DNA of 59,937 bases from a virus (Duplodnaviria; Caudoviricetes), in IMG/VR virus record IMGVR_UViG_3300009512_000015, positions 1 to 59,937 of that record; one strand, given 5' to 3'. Each line of letters begins with the position of its first letter. The stretch's first letter is position 1. Position numbers and translations under genes: made by a program. This document shows, piece after piece, positions 26,901 to 38,538 of this stretch. Below the pieces are notes generated by a model that had not been told where the DNA came from, did no database searches, and saw nothing but the letters and a program-made list of their open reading frames with translations.

Positions 26901-29140
26901 ATTTTTTCATATGCATAAACATTTCTTGGAACTACTACTTCGTTGTCAGGTGCGTTCCAAGCAAAAGCGTTAGCATCAAACTTTCTACAAAAGATTTCAA
27001 CAGAACCTGTGGCAAGCACCTCTATTTGTTCTACTTGCAAAAGCTCATTAGGTATACTAAGTAGAACACTATTAACTTTTATTACATCACCAGGCTCTAA
27101 TAAAATATGTGTTCTGTCAAGGAGAAGTCTTAAATCAGACCGATGCCTTGAAGCTCTTACCATTTCTTCAGCAAACGCCCTGGCATGGTGGATGTCAGTA
27201 ATTCCATTCATGAAGACTTCATCTTCAAGCTTAATACCTAAATCTTGCGCTATATAAGTGCTATATACGTTATCATTATCTTCTGGCACTGGAAACTTTT
27301 TAGGCCAGCTTACTGAGTCTTCTTCAAAATCTTCAAGCTCATTGTAAAAACGAACTGTTGCATAGTTTAGCTTGTCTTCAAGGCGGGGCCAGCCTTGCGT
27401 TATGTTTCCTTCAACAAGTATATCTGCATCAGTAATTATAGCAACACTCGCTACTTCCCAGTTAGCACCGCCATTTGCTGTTGGCGTTTGGCCTGCAATT
27501 GAAGTTCCACTTGTTCTGCGATAAATATCTACACTAGTGGCAAAACCCGCTTCTGTATATTGGACTATTTCGCCTTGTGAATAAACATCATAGCTTTTCC
27601 AGGGCTCCGGATATATAAGGTTAAGTTTATATTTTCCGCCTGACCAGATTAAATAGCCTTGATCTATTACTCTTAAAATCGTTTTTATATTATCTCGAAC
27701 GGTATCACCAGTGTCTAGAATACCATTAAATTCATATCGTTTTAATTGCCTTAATGTAGTGCCATCAGCTTCAGGGTCAGTAGCGCTCCAAAACTTTCCT
27801 GTTGTTGATAAGTACTCTGAACCGTTTAAACCTACCGGCATTATCTTCCCACAAACAGCCGAAGCTTTTGAAAAAGAGTCTAAATCAATTTTATCTAAGG
27901 GCAAGCCTTGTCCGTAATTATCATTTGTCAAGTAGTCTAATAAAACATCAGCGGCGTTATTTGAGTAAGTTTTAGCACCAGAGCCTGCAATAAGTTGTTG
28001 TGGCGTATTAAGCTTCATACCTTCAACATAAAACTTTACATCAGGAATACCGTTAAATTGAGGCTCATCTCTGTTTAAGAAAAAAGCCATATTAGCATGA
28101 GCGACTCCTGGGAAATTTGCAGCGTCTAAATCAGGCGCTACGTTAGCTCGAATCCACTGATCAGAAACATTTCCTGTTTTGTGTATATGGATTCTCGCAT
28201 TAGGGCCAAATTCTGGGTCTTGAAAAGGCTTTTCATCAATATCTACAAACATAACCTCGTTTAAGCCTTCATAGCTAATAACTTGTGTTACGAAAAGAAG
28301 GTTTCTTTTATTACTTTCATTATCATCATAGTTGGGCGACCAGCTCGTATTAAGCGCGTCTCTTCCTAAACTTCTGTAAGAATTTTGTTTACCAATATTA
28401 AGACGTGGGTCAGAAAGCTCTACAACTCCAGTAGCGCTGTTATAAGAATGCACATAGTAAGTATGCGTTACAGGGGTTGTATATGAAACAACTTCCCCCA
28501 TCTCATTTTTATAAACGCGTCCCTCTTCAGAGGCTAAAGGTGCGTGAACTAGTTGTATAATTCCACCTGCCTGAAAAAGTTTAGAATCAGATGTTCCAAT
28601 TGGTAAAGGTGGGTTAATGTTTGCGCCAACATCTAGAACGTACCTCCCAGAATTAACCGAGCCAGCAGCTGTTCGGTGGATTGTCCAGTTTGTTGCGCTA
28701 GCGCCATTAAGCCATGCATTATTAACATAGCCATACAACTCAAAACTGGTCACAGTGCCAATTCCGCTTATTGTTTCAATGCTTCCTTGCCACTCCGTTA
28801 CTACTTGACTTGAATACCTAATTTCCGGGTCTACTAAGAAACGATCACCACCTGTGCTTAAAAAAACTTCAACGTTATTAACAGTTGTGCCATCTCCATT
28901 ATATACCCAGCTTTCATTATATTCATAATGGCTTCGAACAGCGTGGTATACACGATTTCCACCAATCTTGGCTCTTCCGTAAATTACTGGGACATTTCCA
29001 ATTTCACCCTCTACAGGGACTTCAAAACCTTTTCTTTCATCAGCCGCTTTGTCTGCTTTCTTTTTAGCCTTCTTCGCTTGTTGTCTTTGATATAAAGAAG
29101 AAGCTACTGTTACTACAAAGCTAATAATACCCATACTCAT
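23909..29140 (-). CDS. Tail tip/host-specificity protein (lambda J-like central fibre)
   Basis: VPVIYGRAKIGG, YSNNAADVLLDYLTN..YG.G, LEPGDVIKV, FN3-like segment, LKVGSLSAITANFG; position after distal-tail genes. Confidence 0.85.
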   Translation of the reverse strand: MSMGIISFVVTVASSLYQRQQAKKAKKKADKAADERKGFEVPVEGEIGNVPVIYGRAKIGGNRVYHAVRSHYEYNESWVYNGDGTTVNNVEVFLSTGGDRFLVDPEIRYSSQVVTEWQGSIETISGIGTVTSFELYGYVNNAWLNGASATNWTIHRTAAGSVNSGRYVLDVGANINPPLPIGTSDSKLFQAGGIIQLVHAPLASEEGRVYKNEMGEVVSYTTPVTHTYYVHSYNSATGVVELSDPRLNIGKQNSYRSLGRDALNTSWSPNYDDNESNKRNLLFVTQVISYEGLNEVMFVDIDEKPFQDPEFGPNARIHIHKTGNVSDQWIRANVAPDLDAANFPGVAHANMAFFLNRDEPQFNGIPDVKFYVEGMKLNTPQQLIAGSGAKTYSNNAADVLLDYLTNDNYGQGLPLDKIDLDSFSKASAVCGKIMPVGLNGSEYLSTTGKFWSATDPEADGTTLRQLKRYEFNGILDTGDTVRDNIKTILRVIDQGYLIWSGGKYKLNLIYPEPWKSYDVYSQGEIVQYTEAGFATSVDIYRRTSGTSIAGQTPTANGGANWEVASVAIITDADILVEGNITQGWPRLEDKLNYATVRFYNELEDFEEDSVSWPKKFPVPEDNDNVYSTYIAQDLGIKLEDEVFMNGITDIHHARAFAEEMVRASRHRSDLRLLLDRTHILLEPGDVIKVNSVLLSIPNELLQVEQIEVLATGSVEIFCRKFDANAFAWNAPDNEVVVPRNVYAYEKIGQARNLSFSPYDLAYTDSIIDVAGIINWDAALGNGGAYYDIAYLKGTKVKAVVGAPWIALGSTSGLNELKFPIPKLRDGVYTFTVITRDREGNRAVEYNPDTGSRWPLAQATIVGGSLFNLPVTLFCYMYSTYDRTGAGMHDSRRAADGVTPIYSGVYYINFNAVDFTLWEHPIGTVNLDSYFIPFRTKLEAKQHLINLGVDESYIDNNYYLMTSRAEVSVSSAEMPLMVDGVNSWSPWELDTSEQVYKDLEVFTFQPLNGLQPLSPIDGTGSYTFPDGPKVAPTGAIQQPGDYQYDWGFNLPSGGNIVSYNIWRSEGQADKYGKAGLNTNTIIWSVPEIYTSLGVARQVVFLYRYGINLTTIIAQDSVQSQYNWYSGVHESLSQASGRNWSLTLPTQDGSNNSLRLYVAEYEVVVNLGFTGVSTINWRGVVPYISDGTELPGVRTAKASVWKFAATIPSGPTGNGTWTWSTEEISGSEGTEGSVTSTHAGWYTEKPDLSVGSGGQTLWEASVLVRGGVGTLTNSFNWVIASVVSVGYVASDGGTGGDGDAGASTVSAYTVINEGLLFSGSGLVQTGAGLNSVPSSVAVLTAWGQICAFSKEVPNLGVNQRLWMTMGSFDPNTGIIVWDLPFWASLKVGSLSAITANFGEMTSGIITLGNTGHIKMGEKTGFSQVGYGMWMGMKSNNAMGFLMGTGTQRLAYDSSTGILKAYGLAVYSTDAAGNEFQVLRSGVNNSDGGVSYTNLYDPTGARVKVFNDPTRAHVLTCGPFVTTVGDLWIIPSTTYVCTRPHLQADTFSFDTVNYYWQVLDSTSGYLAFTPIGAETANPWDTTYIKAAAVDTLKIRGFAVTVPVTGTATGHTNTNPTLLITRNRYWRGAYTSGLTWPQAGGIYTSRPSALSITATANFLGFEGGGEGHSIFLKVVATWFVNGVMNQRNCGEVAQSVRRSWSATMTVIGQMTPPDNAGNGLMFEVQVKTDTYSKYLGANAITVISSKR

Positions 29141-29763
29141 GTCGCTTTACCCCAAAGTAGTTTAATTGCATCTGACCCTTCTAATAACTGATCATAAGAA
29201 GTATCATTAGGGTACTTTTCATTAAGCCAGTTTTTTGAAGTCAAGATTGTCCGAGTACCGTTAAGAACGCCCATTGGTGATGAGCCGTTTATTTCAATAT
29301 ACACTTCATCATCAGGTGCGATTGCGTAAGCTACCTCATCTACGTAACCTGCGTAAACATCCATTATTCCATTGTTATATATTGCCCCAGGTTGCGTGCC
29401 TAAATCAACCGTGCCTGTATTGTTTACAAAAGCTCCTCTAACTCTCATAGGCGCGCCTGTGTACACACCGTTTTCAAAATCAACTCTTAAGTAGTACTGA
29501 GCATCTGAAATAATTATCTTAAAAGATTCTTTATCAAGAACATCAGAAAGCCTAGGTGGGTCAGTTGATACTAGGCCGTTTGTTGCTTGATAGATATCAC
29601 CTGTTGCTGGGTCAGTCCAGTCTGCAATAAAAGAAGTTAAAAAAATTTGAGGCACTGCAAGAGAATAGGTTGACAAGCGCGAATTAGCAATATCGACTAA
29701 CATACAAGTAGATACAGACTCTCTGGCTAATATTATTTTAAGATCAGGATGAACGTCTCTCAT
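29137..29763 (-). CDS. minor tail/tail hub protein
   Basis: Position between distal tail and tip; C-terminal DTSYDQ...LLWGK. Confidence 0.65.
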   Translation of the reverse strand: MRDVHPDLKIILARESVSTCMLVDIANSRLSTYSLAVPQIFLTSFIADWTDPATGDIYQATNGLVSTDPPRLSDVLDKESFKIIISDAQYYLRVDFENGVYTGAPMRVRGAFVNNTGTVDLGTQPGAIYNNGIMDVYAGYVDEVAYAIAPDDEVYIEINGSSPMGVLNGTRTILTSKNWLNEKYPNDTSYDQLLEGSDAIKLLWGKAT

Positions 29764-30578
29764 TAGATAGCCTCTACAATTGTTACAGTTCCAGGATCTG
29801 CAAGAATCCCATCAATATACGAAATACCAATGACTGAGCTACCATCGTATTTACATTTCATTGTTGCACTTGCTCCAAAATTTGCAACTTGAGTAATGCT
29901 AAGGCTTGCTTTAAGTGCAGGAAAAATATAAATGAATATTATATTTGATCCTTGATCAGTACCTTGAACATCAGTAACTAGATAAGCCTTGGGGTCACCT
30001 TTAAAAGTTAAAAAATCACCTTTATATAGCTCACTGTCACCGTCTAATGTTATTTTTATTGGGCTAAAGGTGCTTGACTCACCAAGTCCAATACCCGTAG
30101 TCGTTTGCACAGAACCATGGCCTCTTGATATAGCTAGCCCAGTTCCATATTCAGGGTTGTTAGTACCGTTGCCTAGAGTGCCGCTTGGATTGTTAGGTGT
30201 TCCGAATTTTACTGAAGAACTAACCCCAGACCTTTTTAAGCCAAGAGCTTGATTGTAAGTTTTTATTGAACAAGGCGGTCTAACAAAGAAAGTTTTATCA
30301 ACATCGTTAACTACTGAGTGTATCAGCATGTCTGCTGCGCCTTCAGCTGTATAAAGCCCAGTTTGGATTTCCCAAATTTGCGCTTGACTGACAGTAGCTA
30401 AAGTTCTCAAATTTAATGTTCTTGCTGAAGTTCTTAAACGTGTTGATACGATAGTTAAAGGTGCTCTAAAAATTGCTGAAAGGACAGTATCATCAAGAGT
30501 GTTGTAGTCACCAACCTCGCCACCACTATTCATATTGCTGCTTTGTGTGTTTATTGTTGAATTAAGTATGCCAAACAT
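29763..30578 (-). CDS. distal tail protein
   Basis: Immediately downstream of the tape measure; ends in TIVEAI. Confidence 0.6.
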   Translation of the reverse strand: MFGILNSTINTQSSNMNSGGEVGDYNTLDDTVLSAIFRAPLTIVSTRLRTSARTLNLRTLATVSQAQIWEIQTGLYTAEGAADMLIHSVVNDVDKTFFVRPPCSIKTYNQALGLKRSGVSSSVKFGTPNNPSGTLGNGTNNPEYGTGLAISRGHGSVQTTTGIGLGESSTFSPIKITLDGDSELYKGDFLTFKGDPKAYLVTDVQGTDQGSNIIFIYIFPALKASLSITQVANFGASATMKCKYDGSSVIGISYIDGILADPGTVTIVEAI

Positions 30579-30592
30579 TTAGCCTCCTAGGT

Positions 30593-30612
30593 AAAAAAGG
30601 GCCGAAGCCCTT
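30593..30612 (-). terminator. intrinsic terminator after tape measure
   Basis: Minus strand AAGGGC-TTCG-GCCCTT continuing into a T6 run. Confidence 0.8.
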
Positions 30613-30617
30613 ACCGA

Positions 30618-33600
30618 TTAATAACCACGTTCACGGTTGAATTTATTAACACCAGATGCTAAATCAGGCATCATCAGCATAATTTCTCTTTTAGTTTGTT
30701 TGCTAATGTCGCCAGTAATGTTTAGATTAAAAAGTGCATTGCTTCCAGAATCTGCTGCTTTTAATCCTTTTATTTCGCCTGTGCCTGAAGCCCCTGCAAG
30801 GCCGCCATTTACAAACTTGCGTACACTGTTGTCGTTAATAGAACGTAATAACTCTAAGTTGTTTTTAGTGCTTTTAGCGTTTATTATAAACTCACCATCT
30901 GATAACATTGCAGGTATGCTGTCAGAAGTACCTGTTCCAGGTCCACTTATAACACCACCTGTTGCAGCAGTATTCATACCATAAGCTGCAATTCCAGCTT
31001 GTACGACAGTCCCTATAATGCTGCCAGTCTCGCCTCCGCCAAACAAACTGCCTAGCATTCCGCCAAGACCTGCCAATCCTCCAGTAAAGACACCACCAAG
31101 CCCTTCTGTAGCTGCTACTTGCAAAGTGTTGCCTTTACTAATATTGTTATTAACATCGCCCATAATATCAGCAGACGCTGCTAGAGGCCCAACCAGAGCA
31201 CCTATCCCATCGTCACTCGCAGTATCTTCGTCACCGCCTAACATTCCTCCAAAAAGAGAAGTAAGACCACCGCCTGCAGCAGAACCACCGCCACAAATGT
31301 CTACACACTGCGTAGCACCACCTAGTGGGCCTTTTTCTCCCTCACTGCCTCCACCGAAGAGGCCGCCTATCATACTACTAACTCCGCTAAAAAGACCTCC
31401 GCCTTCACCAGCTTCATCAGAAGGTTTAAACATGTCGCCAATACCACTAAGAAGACCACCACCTTCACCAGCTTCATCAGAGGGTTTAAACATGTCGCCA
31501 ATACCACTAAGCAGACCGTCTCCACTAAACATGTCACCAAGACCGCTTAACATACCGCCACTGTCTTCTCCTGAGCTAAACAAACCTTCACCAAGTGTTG
31601 CCATTATTTTACCAATAGGCCCGTCTTCACCTGTTAACGGTGCTGTTAAACCTTCTACAAAACTGTCAATAACACTGTTTGTAAAAGTGTCTAGTGTGCT
31701 TTCAAGAAAATCATCAAGATCAGAATCGCCTTTAATTAGTGAGCTTAAACCTCTTTTAAAGTTTTCATTAAAATCGGCACTAAAAGTTTCACCAGCTTGC
31801 TGACCTAGCGTTACAAAGCCTCTTGCTCTCTTTTCAACACCTTCTTCCGCACCTTCAAGTAAACCATCTAATTGCTTGGTTGCTACAAATCTTAACGCAT
31901 CTTCGTCAGTATTTTCAATAACTTGGTCTAATGAGTTCATCTGTGTAAGCAGTTTAGAAAAGTCTAGCTTTTCAGCTTTAGTTAAGGAGTTAAAAATATA
32001 TTTATCAAAAGTTAAACCAAAACTTGATGCAGCACGGCTTAGGCTTGTAAAGCTGTCGTTAACTGAGCCAAAGGCTTCATTATTAACTTTAGCAGCAAGC
32101 TCTGTAGCATCAGTCTCGAGTTTTATGGCCTTGGCTGTAAAAGCCTTTTGGCCGTCTTTGTCAAGCTTAGCCTGATCTTGCACTTCTAACTCATTAAAAG
32201 CTTGAATAAGTGGTGCTACTGCGCTAATTAAGTCTTCTCTTACTTTTGGCTCAGCTTGTGTAAACTCTCTAAAAGTCATAGCTAAGTCTGGTAAAACTTC
32301 TTTAATTTCTTTAAATAAATCAGAACTTTCTACAGGTGCTCCTAAAGTAGTAGCGCCCTCCCCTCTAGCGTTTCTTAATCCTGTTGAAATAAATTCAGCA
32401 ATTTGAGAATTTCTTTCATCCATTATTCCCATCAGATTTAGTTCAGGAAGCGTATCAAAGCCAGGGCTAAACTTATTAGATTCATCTAGTAAAGCTTGAT
32501 CTTTAGCCTGACTCTCTAGTGCAGCAACAACTGCCTTTAAATCGCTAGGTTCTAATTCTCCTAAACTGTCTGGATTAAAATACTCAATCTTCAAATCTTT
32601 TTGAAGCATTTCACCTATTTGCTTTGCGTTTGCTTCAGCAAGACCTTCAAACATCTTGCTGCCAATTTCATTAGAAGGTGTTCTGTTTATAATGTCTTGT
32701 GTATTGTTGCTCTCACCCCCAGTTTCATCTGTTGTTGTAACACCACCACCAGTAAACATGGCTTGCATCTTTTCCCACATTTTTGAAAACCAACCAAAAA
32801 TCTTTTCAAATAAGTGGTCTACTTTGTCTTCGGCAGGACTATCACCGTTTGCAGTGAGTTTAGGCTCAGTACCAGCCTTAAGCCTTAAGCCTTTTCCAGA
32901 ATTTATTGATTCTAATAAAGGTCTAAATCTTCTAGACTGTTCAGCATTTACAACAAACTCGCCATTAGATAACATTGCTGGTATTTTATCATCAGTAGGG
33001 CCACCAGCTCCATATACTGAACCGCCAGTAGCAAAAGCTGGAATATCTTTATCACTACTAAAACGCAACGCTTCAAACAAATTAAAAGAAGTTGGAGTCT
33101 TATCATCTGTTTGACTCTTTATAACCGATGCTAAGGCTGATGCGCCAGGGGTTATAAGTTTTTCAACAAAAGAAGAGCCAGCACCAACAGGCATTTTTAC
33201 ATATGAATCAATAGCATTTTTCAAAAAGCCAGTATACTCACCTTTAAGCAAATTCACGCTTAAATAACCTTGATGCACGAGCAGTGCTTTCTCAGCTAAC
33301 AAGGCTTTTGCAGCAACCAGGCCTACAACGTTACCAGTACCAATTAACAGACCAGACACTGCCGCAGTTGTTGCAGCTATAGTACCTATGTCAGCCGTAG
33401 AGTCATATACTTTATCACTTAAGTTTCCAGCAAAATAGTCTTGCGATAAGCCTTTAGCACTAGCAAACTCAAGCGCAGGGTGATCAAGTGCCTCCATCTC
33501 TAAAAACTTTTGTGTATCTTTACTATCGCCAAGAGAAACATTAAAAAGACCGCCCAAAGTTCTAAGACTGTTTGATTCTCCGCCAATTGCAGATTTTAGA

Positions 33601-36600
33601 TTTTTCCATAAGTCTAAAAACAAGCCGGATTTAAGAGTTTCTGATTGACCATAATCTTTTCCAAATTGTTTACCTAAATTACTAAGAGAATCGCTTGAGA
33701 TATTAGCAGGGTCAAAATAACCACCTTCTGCAAAAGACTGTAAGCTACCTTTATTTATCTGCTCTAAAAGTTTTCTATGTTTCTTAGTAGAGTTTGCGTT
33801 AATAACAAACTCACCGTTAGATAACATTGCTGGTATTTTATCATCAGTAGGGCCACCCTTTCCAGAAACAGAGCCGCCAGTTGCAAAGTTAGTTCCGCGA
33901 GCGGCTTGCACCTCATTGCGTGATTCTAAGTCGCCATTGGCAATGATTGGAGTGATAGCAAGCGCGTTAATAGTGTCTTGAAGCTTATCAGTCAAACGCT
34001 CAAGCCATGTTCTATTAACGTCTAAAGACGCTGCTAGCTCATTTTCTTTAACAACAGCGCTATCTTGCAATTTTTCTATAAAAGCTAATTTATCAAGGAG
34101 CTCATTTATTTCAGTAACTTGCGCTTTTCTTAAATCTCCTTCTGAAGGCACTGGACGCGGTCTTCTATCACCGCCTACTTCGTCTTCATTTCGTCTACGA
34201 TTATCTTCTATAATATCGGAAACAGTTTCAGGGTCAATCTTTAGCGACTTAATCTTTTCTTTTATTTCAATTATTAACTTCTCAAGCTCTTCAGAGGTGT
34301 TGTTTAAAAAGCCGTCAAGAAATAAATCTGGCTTAAAGTTTCTTGCATTTCCAGTTTCGGGCACATCTATCGGGCTAAAAATAGCAGATGTGTTTCTGCC
34401 ACTTGTTATTTCAGACATTAAACGAGAATTAATTGTGTTTGAAAGAGTACCAGAATTTTTGTTAAGAGCTACTGATACTTGTTGAAGGCCCTCAATAATT
34501 TTTGTTTGAGCTGCAATATCAAGATTCAGCATGTTGACTTTAGCAGGACTTGCATCTTCACCGTCTTCTTTTAAACTGTCAATCTTTTCTTGAGCACCTT
34601 TTATTTCTTGCAAATTCTTTTGTAACTGAGCACGTTCAGGCGATAGCTTTTGTAACCACACTTCAGGAAGACCTTTAAAAAGCGCATATATCGCAGTGCC
34701 TGCTAGAAGAATTGCACCACCTATTAGAAAACCAACAGGGCCTATAAAGCCAGCAATTGCAAAAGCTAGTGATGTTGCAATGGAGCCTAATGCCGCGCCT
34801 AGAAATTGACCTGCAAAGGCAGTACCCATCTGTGTACCAATTTTTATCCAAGATGGTGTATCTTCAGCCATTCCTGCAGCAATTTTAGAACCTAATTGAA
34901 AACCAGCAACTCCTCCTATAATTCCTGCGCCACCTGCAACAAACTGCCTAGTACCTTCACGGAATCCATTAAAACTTTCTGCTAGCTGTTTGGTTAACAC
35001 TTCTCGCCTACTCACTAGTTTTTGACGAGCCTCAGTATCTTTTTCTGTGAGTGTAGCAGCAGCACCTGCATTCTTGGCAGCAGCCTTGTTTGCAGAAGCA
35101 GCTTTGTTAAGTGTTGCAGCGGCTTCTCTTACAGAAGGGTCTTGCGCAGCAGTCCCTGCTAGGGTACCACCGCTTAAAACGCTTCTAGTGTTTGCTCTAG
35201 CGTCTTTTGAACTAATACCACTTGCTCGCTGTACAGACGTAAGCGTTCTGACAGATTCTTTTAAAGAGTCACTCGCTCTGGTTGCTTGCTCAGAAGCTCT
35301 AACGGTTCTTTGAGCAATACCTTTATCAAAATTTGTAATAGCTCTGTTGTTTAGAGCAGCTTCGCCTCTTACAGCTAAATTACCAACAAACGTGCTAGGT
35401 GCTGCTATAAATGCTTTTGCTGCATTGAGTAGCATTGATCGGCCTGCTGAAAACAATATAGCAGTCTTAGCAACAATACCAAGAAATGGAAGTCCAAAAT
35501 TATCCATCAAGACGTTTCCACTAAAGATAAAATCTATTCCTCTTGCTAGTACACTGAGTGCGCTTTTTGCAAAGTCAAAACCAAGTTTTGTAAAGTTGTC
35601 AGTACTTGTAAGCTGATTTACAGCAAGAACCCAAGCAGTTGAAACAAGATTTACAATAGCTGCAAGAGCAAGCGGCCCTCTAAACATAAGAGCGCCAATA
35701 CCGCCAGCAACTAAAGCCAGTGAGGTTATTATCCCTTGACTTGTTTCTTGTGAAAACTCAGTAAAAAAGCGCTGCATAACATTCTGATTAGGGCCGTTGT
35801 TGTCTTGAATCTTTCCGCTTTCTCTATCAGCTTTGAGGGACTTGTAAGCAGTTCTGCCTGCTTCATACAAATCAGGGTCTGACTCTGCCATCGCTTTAAG
35901 ATCTTTATGTGAATATCTTATTCTTAATAGACTTTTACCAACAGCGCTTGAATTAAAGCCGTCGGTAACACGCTTGCGACTATCACCAGCCCAATTTTTA
36001 AAATCACCATAGTAATCTTTTGCTTTACTCCAAGAATTACTAAGAACATTTAAAATTCTATCCCAGAGGCTTAAACTTTTATCTTCATAAGAACCGTTTA
36101 CTACAGGTTGAGTAGAAGCTGAACCTTTGTTTTGAAAAGCGTTCACACCGCTTGCGACACCTAAAACACCTCCAGCTATTGCAGCGACTTTTGCTACTTT
36201 AGACAGGCTAAACAAAAGAGAGCCTGAATATAGCAAGCCTATTCCAATAGCTAACATTTTGAAGTTATCATAAACTGCAGAAGTAAAGCTGGTAACGCTG
36301 TTTAGCGGGTCGTCTAAAAGCTTGCCAAACCAGTTGGAGAGGCCATTAACAATGTCAGGAACAGGCGAATTTAAGAACAAATCTTCATAAAGTTCTTTAA
36401 AGTAGTTATAGACTTTAGTGGTAAAAGTTTTAATACTTTCCAAAGCCTTATTCATACCGCTAAATGCTTTTAGCATTGCGCGATTAATTCCCTCACCTAA
36501 CAAGTTCCAGTTAGCTGCGCTTAAGTTGAAAGCAACACCGATAAGAGCTGCGGAGAGCAAGCTGATTAAAGGAAAAACTCTAGTAAAAGCAACAAATAAC

Positions 36601-37819
36601 CCCAAAACAAGAGCTGTAGAAGCAGCAGTTGTAGCACTTAGTTTAGAAAAACTTTCAGAAAGGCCATACGTTGAGTTTTTCATTTCTACTAAATTCTTTG
36701 AAAATTTGCTAAACCAGCTGTTGCTTTCTTCTACTAGGTCAGGTACATAAGAATTGCCTACTACATCCATATACAGTTCTTTAAAATAACCACTAATTTT
36801 GGAGGTTGCTGACTTAACAATATTTGCGCCTTTTGAAAGATCAGGCATAAAACTTTTTATGTCAATTTCTCCAAAAAGCTTTATAGGTTTAAAAATATTA
36901 ACCTTGCCAGCAAGCGATCTAAACAAAATATCAACAGAAAGTAAAGTTCTGGCAATTTGACTTCTTATGTCTAAAAACCAAAATTGAAAAGTTTTAGAAA
37001 AGTTATAAAGAGACACGCCCATGTCGTTTATTTTTTCAGCAAGACTACCGAGGCCACCTCTATCTCCAGCCTTACGAACCTCTTTAAACAATGCTAAAAA
37101 GCCTGTTTTTAAGTTAGTAAAAGCTTGACCATAGGTTACGTCTGTTTTTGCAAAACTTTCATCAATTGCACCGCCCATTTTAATAATAGCTTTAGTAATT
37201 CTATCAAAAGTTAAAAAGCCTTGAGCGCCTAGTCCTCGTAGTTCTCCGACTGATTTGCCTAAGCCTTTTGCTAAAGCATCAGCAAACGCAACGTTACTTT
37301 CTAAAACAGTTCTTAATTCATCACCATGTAATTTACCTGAAGCAAGACCTTGTCCTAGCTGCAGAGAAAATGAGAAAACTTCTGACTGGACTGCACCAGC
37401 AATAGCAAGAGTCTTAACAGAGGCTTCTGTAAATTTTGCAATTGTTTCTTGTGAGGCAGCAAATCGTCTACCCGATATTGCAACTTTTTGATAAAGTGTT
37501 GCTGTTGCTTCAAGATTTGCTCGAGACCTTACAGAAATATAAAAGCATCTCTTTGCGCTTTGTTAAAAGCTCTTTGACTCTCTGTGGCTACTTTCAGTTT
37601 ATTGTCGATACTAGTAAGTGTATCGCTATATTTTGTAAATTGAGAAAAACCTGCCCCTGCTGCGACAGCGCTTAAGAGTCCTGTTGCAAATCGAGAAAGT
37701 GATCTAGTGCTGGAATCCAATGAAGTTTTGATACCGTCTACACTACCTCTCAATCTTTTGAGGTCATTCTGAGCATTCTTCGAATTGGAAACCGTGTCAA
37801 TTACTAGTGCCATTGTCAA
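30618..37819 (-). CDS. Tape measure protein (~2400 aa), interrupted by a 1-nt frameshift near 37540
   Basis: The 96-aa ORF 37529-37819 continues in another frame as ISVRSRANLEATATLYQK...LQLGQGLASGKLHGDELRTVLE (tape-measure N-terminal domain signature), in frame with ORF 30618-37178. Ala/Gly-rich helical body. Confidence 0.9.
31393..31517. repeat. 60-nt tandem repeat (~2 copies plus partials) in tape measure
   Basis: Lines 31381 and 31441 are nearly identical; encodes GLLSGIGDMFKPSDEAGEGG twice. Confidence 0.9.
32965..33857. repeat. identical 41-nt direct repeats in tape measure (32965-33005 and 33817-33857)
   Basis: TTAGATAACATTGCTGGTATTTTATCATCAGTAGGGCCACC occurs twice and encodes GGPTDDKIPAMLS; a third diverged copy lies at ~30870-30965. 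Confidence 0.9.
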
Positions 37820-37836
37820 GGTTCCTTTGTATTTTT

Positions 37837-37865
37837 AAGCCCCAGAGTTTTAAGGCTCTGAGGCT
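37837..37865 (-). terminator. hairpin upstream of tape measure
   Basis: Minus strand AGCCTCAGAGCC-TTAA-AACTCTGGGGCTT, imperfect stem. Confidence 0.45.
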
Positions 37866-38187
37866 AGGGTTCATTGATTCTTACGATTAGACCAACGGGC
37901 TTTCCAAACCGTATCGCTACTCTTTCAATGAAATTGGATGGGGCTTGTTTAGAATACCCCTCGTTCAACCTAGGCATATGTTCTGCGTCACTGACAACAG
38001 TTGCCTTTCCTTTATTAAAAAACACTTGCCAGGAATCTCTGGCCTCACCTGTATCTACAGGCGTAGCAAAGCGTAATTCACTTTTAAACTTACGAACTTC
38101 TTTTTCAAAACCTTTTTGAGTTTCTTTTTCAAGACTCTTTTTTAAGGAATTAAATGTATTAGATATACCTGTGATTTTAATTTTCAT
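37864..38187 (-). CDS. HK97 gp10-like tail completion protein
   Basis: ATPVDTGEARDSW...LNEGYSKQAP..FIE. Confidence 0.85.
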   Translation of the reverse strand: MKIKITGISNTFNSLKKSLEKETQKGFEKEVRKFKSELRFATPVDTGEARDSWQVFFNKGKATVVSDAEHMPRLNEGYSKQAPSNFIERVAIRFGKPVGLIVRINEP

Positions 38188-38538
38188 TTATAAATCACCT
38201 AAAAAAGCAGGAGTGTCACCGCCAACTGCACCAAGCATCTTACTAAAAATAGTAGAACCTTTGAGCGTGTCTGTGGCTTTACTTTCAACTTTACCTAATT
38301 CAGCTTTTATAATTGCAAGCGATGGAAATGCATTTTCTTGAGAAACCTTAGCGCCAGAAGATATCATGATTTTATAAGCTCTCATGTCATCTTTCCAGCC
38401 TTCAGGTCTTTGTGAATAATATTTCAGCCAACCTTGATACTCTTCGAAATTCATGTCTTCTCTCATATCTGAAACATAGACACCTAACAATCGAGCAATT
38501 TCAAATTCAGCTAATTCACCATCGCTTAGTCGTTTCCC
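38188..38538 (-). CDS. Tail assembly chaperone, frameshifted (gpT-like) extension
   Basis: The -1 frame is open from slippery site GGGAAAC (38538-38532): KRLSDGELAEFEIARLLGVYVSDMRE... Confidence 0.8.
   Translation of the reverse strand, partial: GKRLSDGELAEFEIARLLGVYVSDMREDMNFEEYQGWLKYYSQRPEGWKDDMRAYKIMISSGAKVSQENAFPSLAIIKAELGKVESKATDTLKGSTIFSKMLGAVGGDTPAFLGDL

Noticed and set aside
32965-33857. Diversity-generating retroelement TR/VR pair
   Set aside because: The copies are identical or differ at codon third positions rather than specifically at adenines, and no reverse transcriptase is present.
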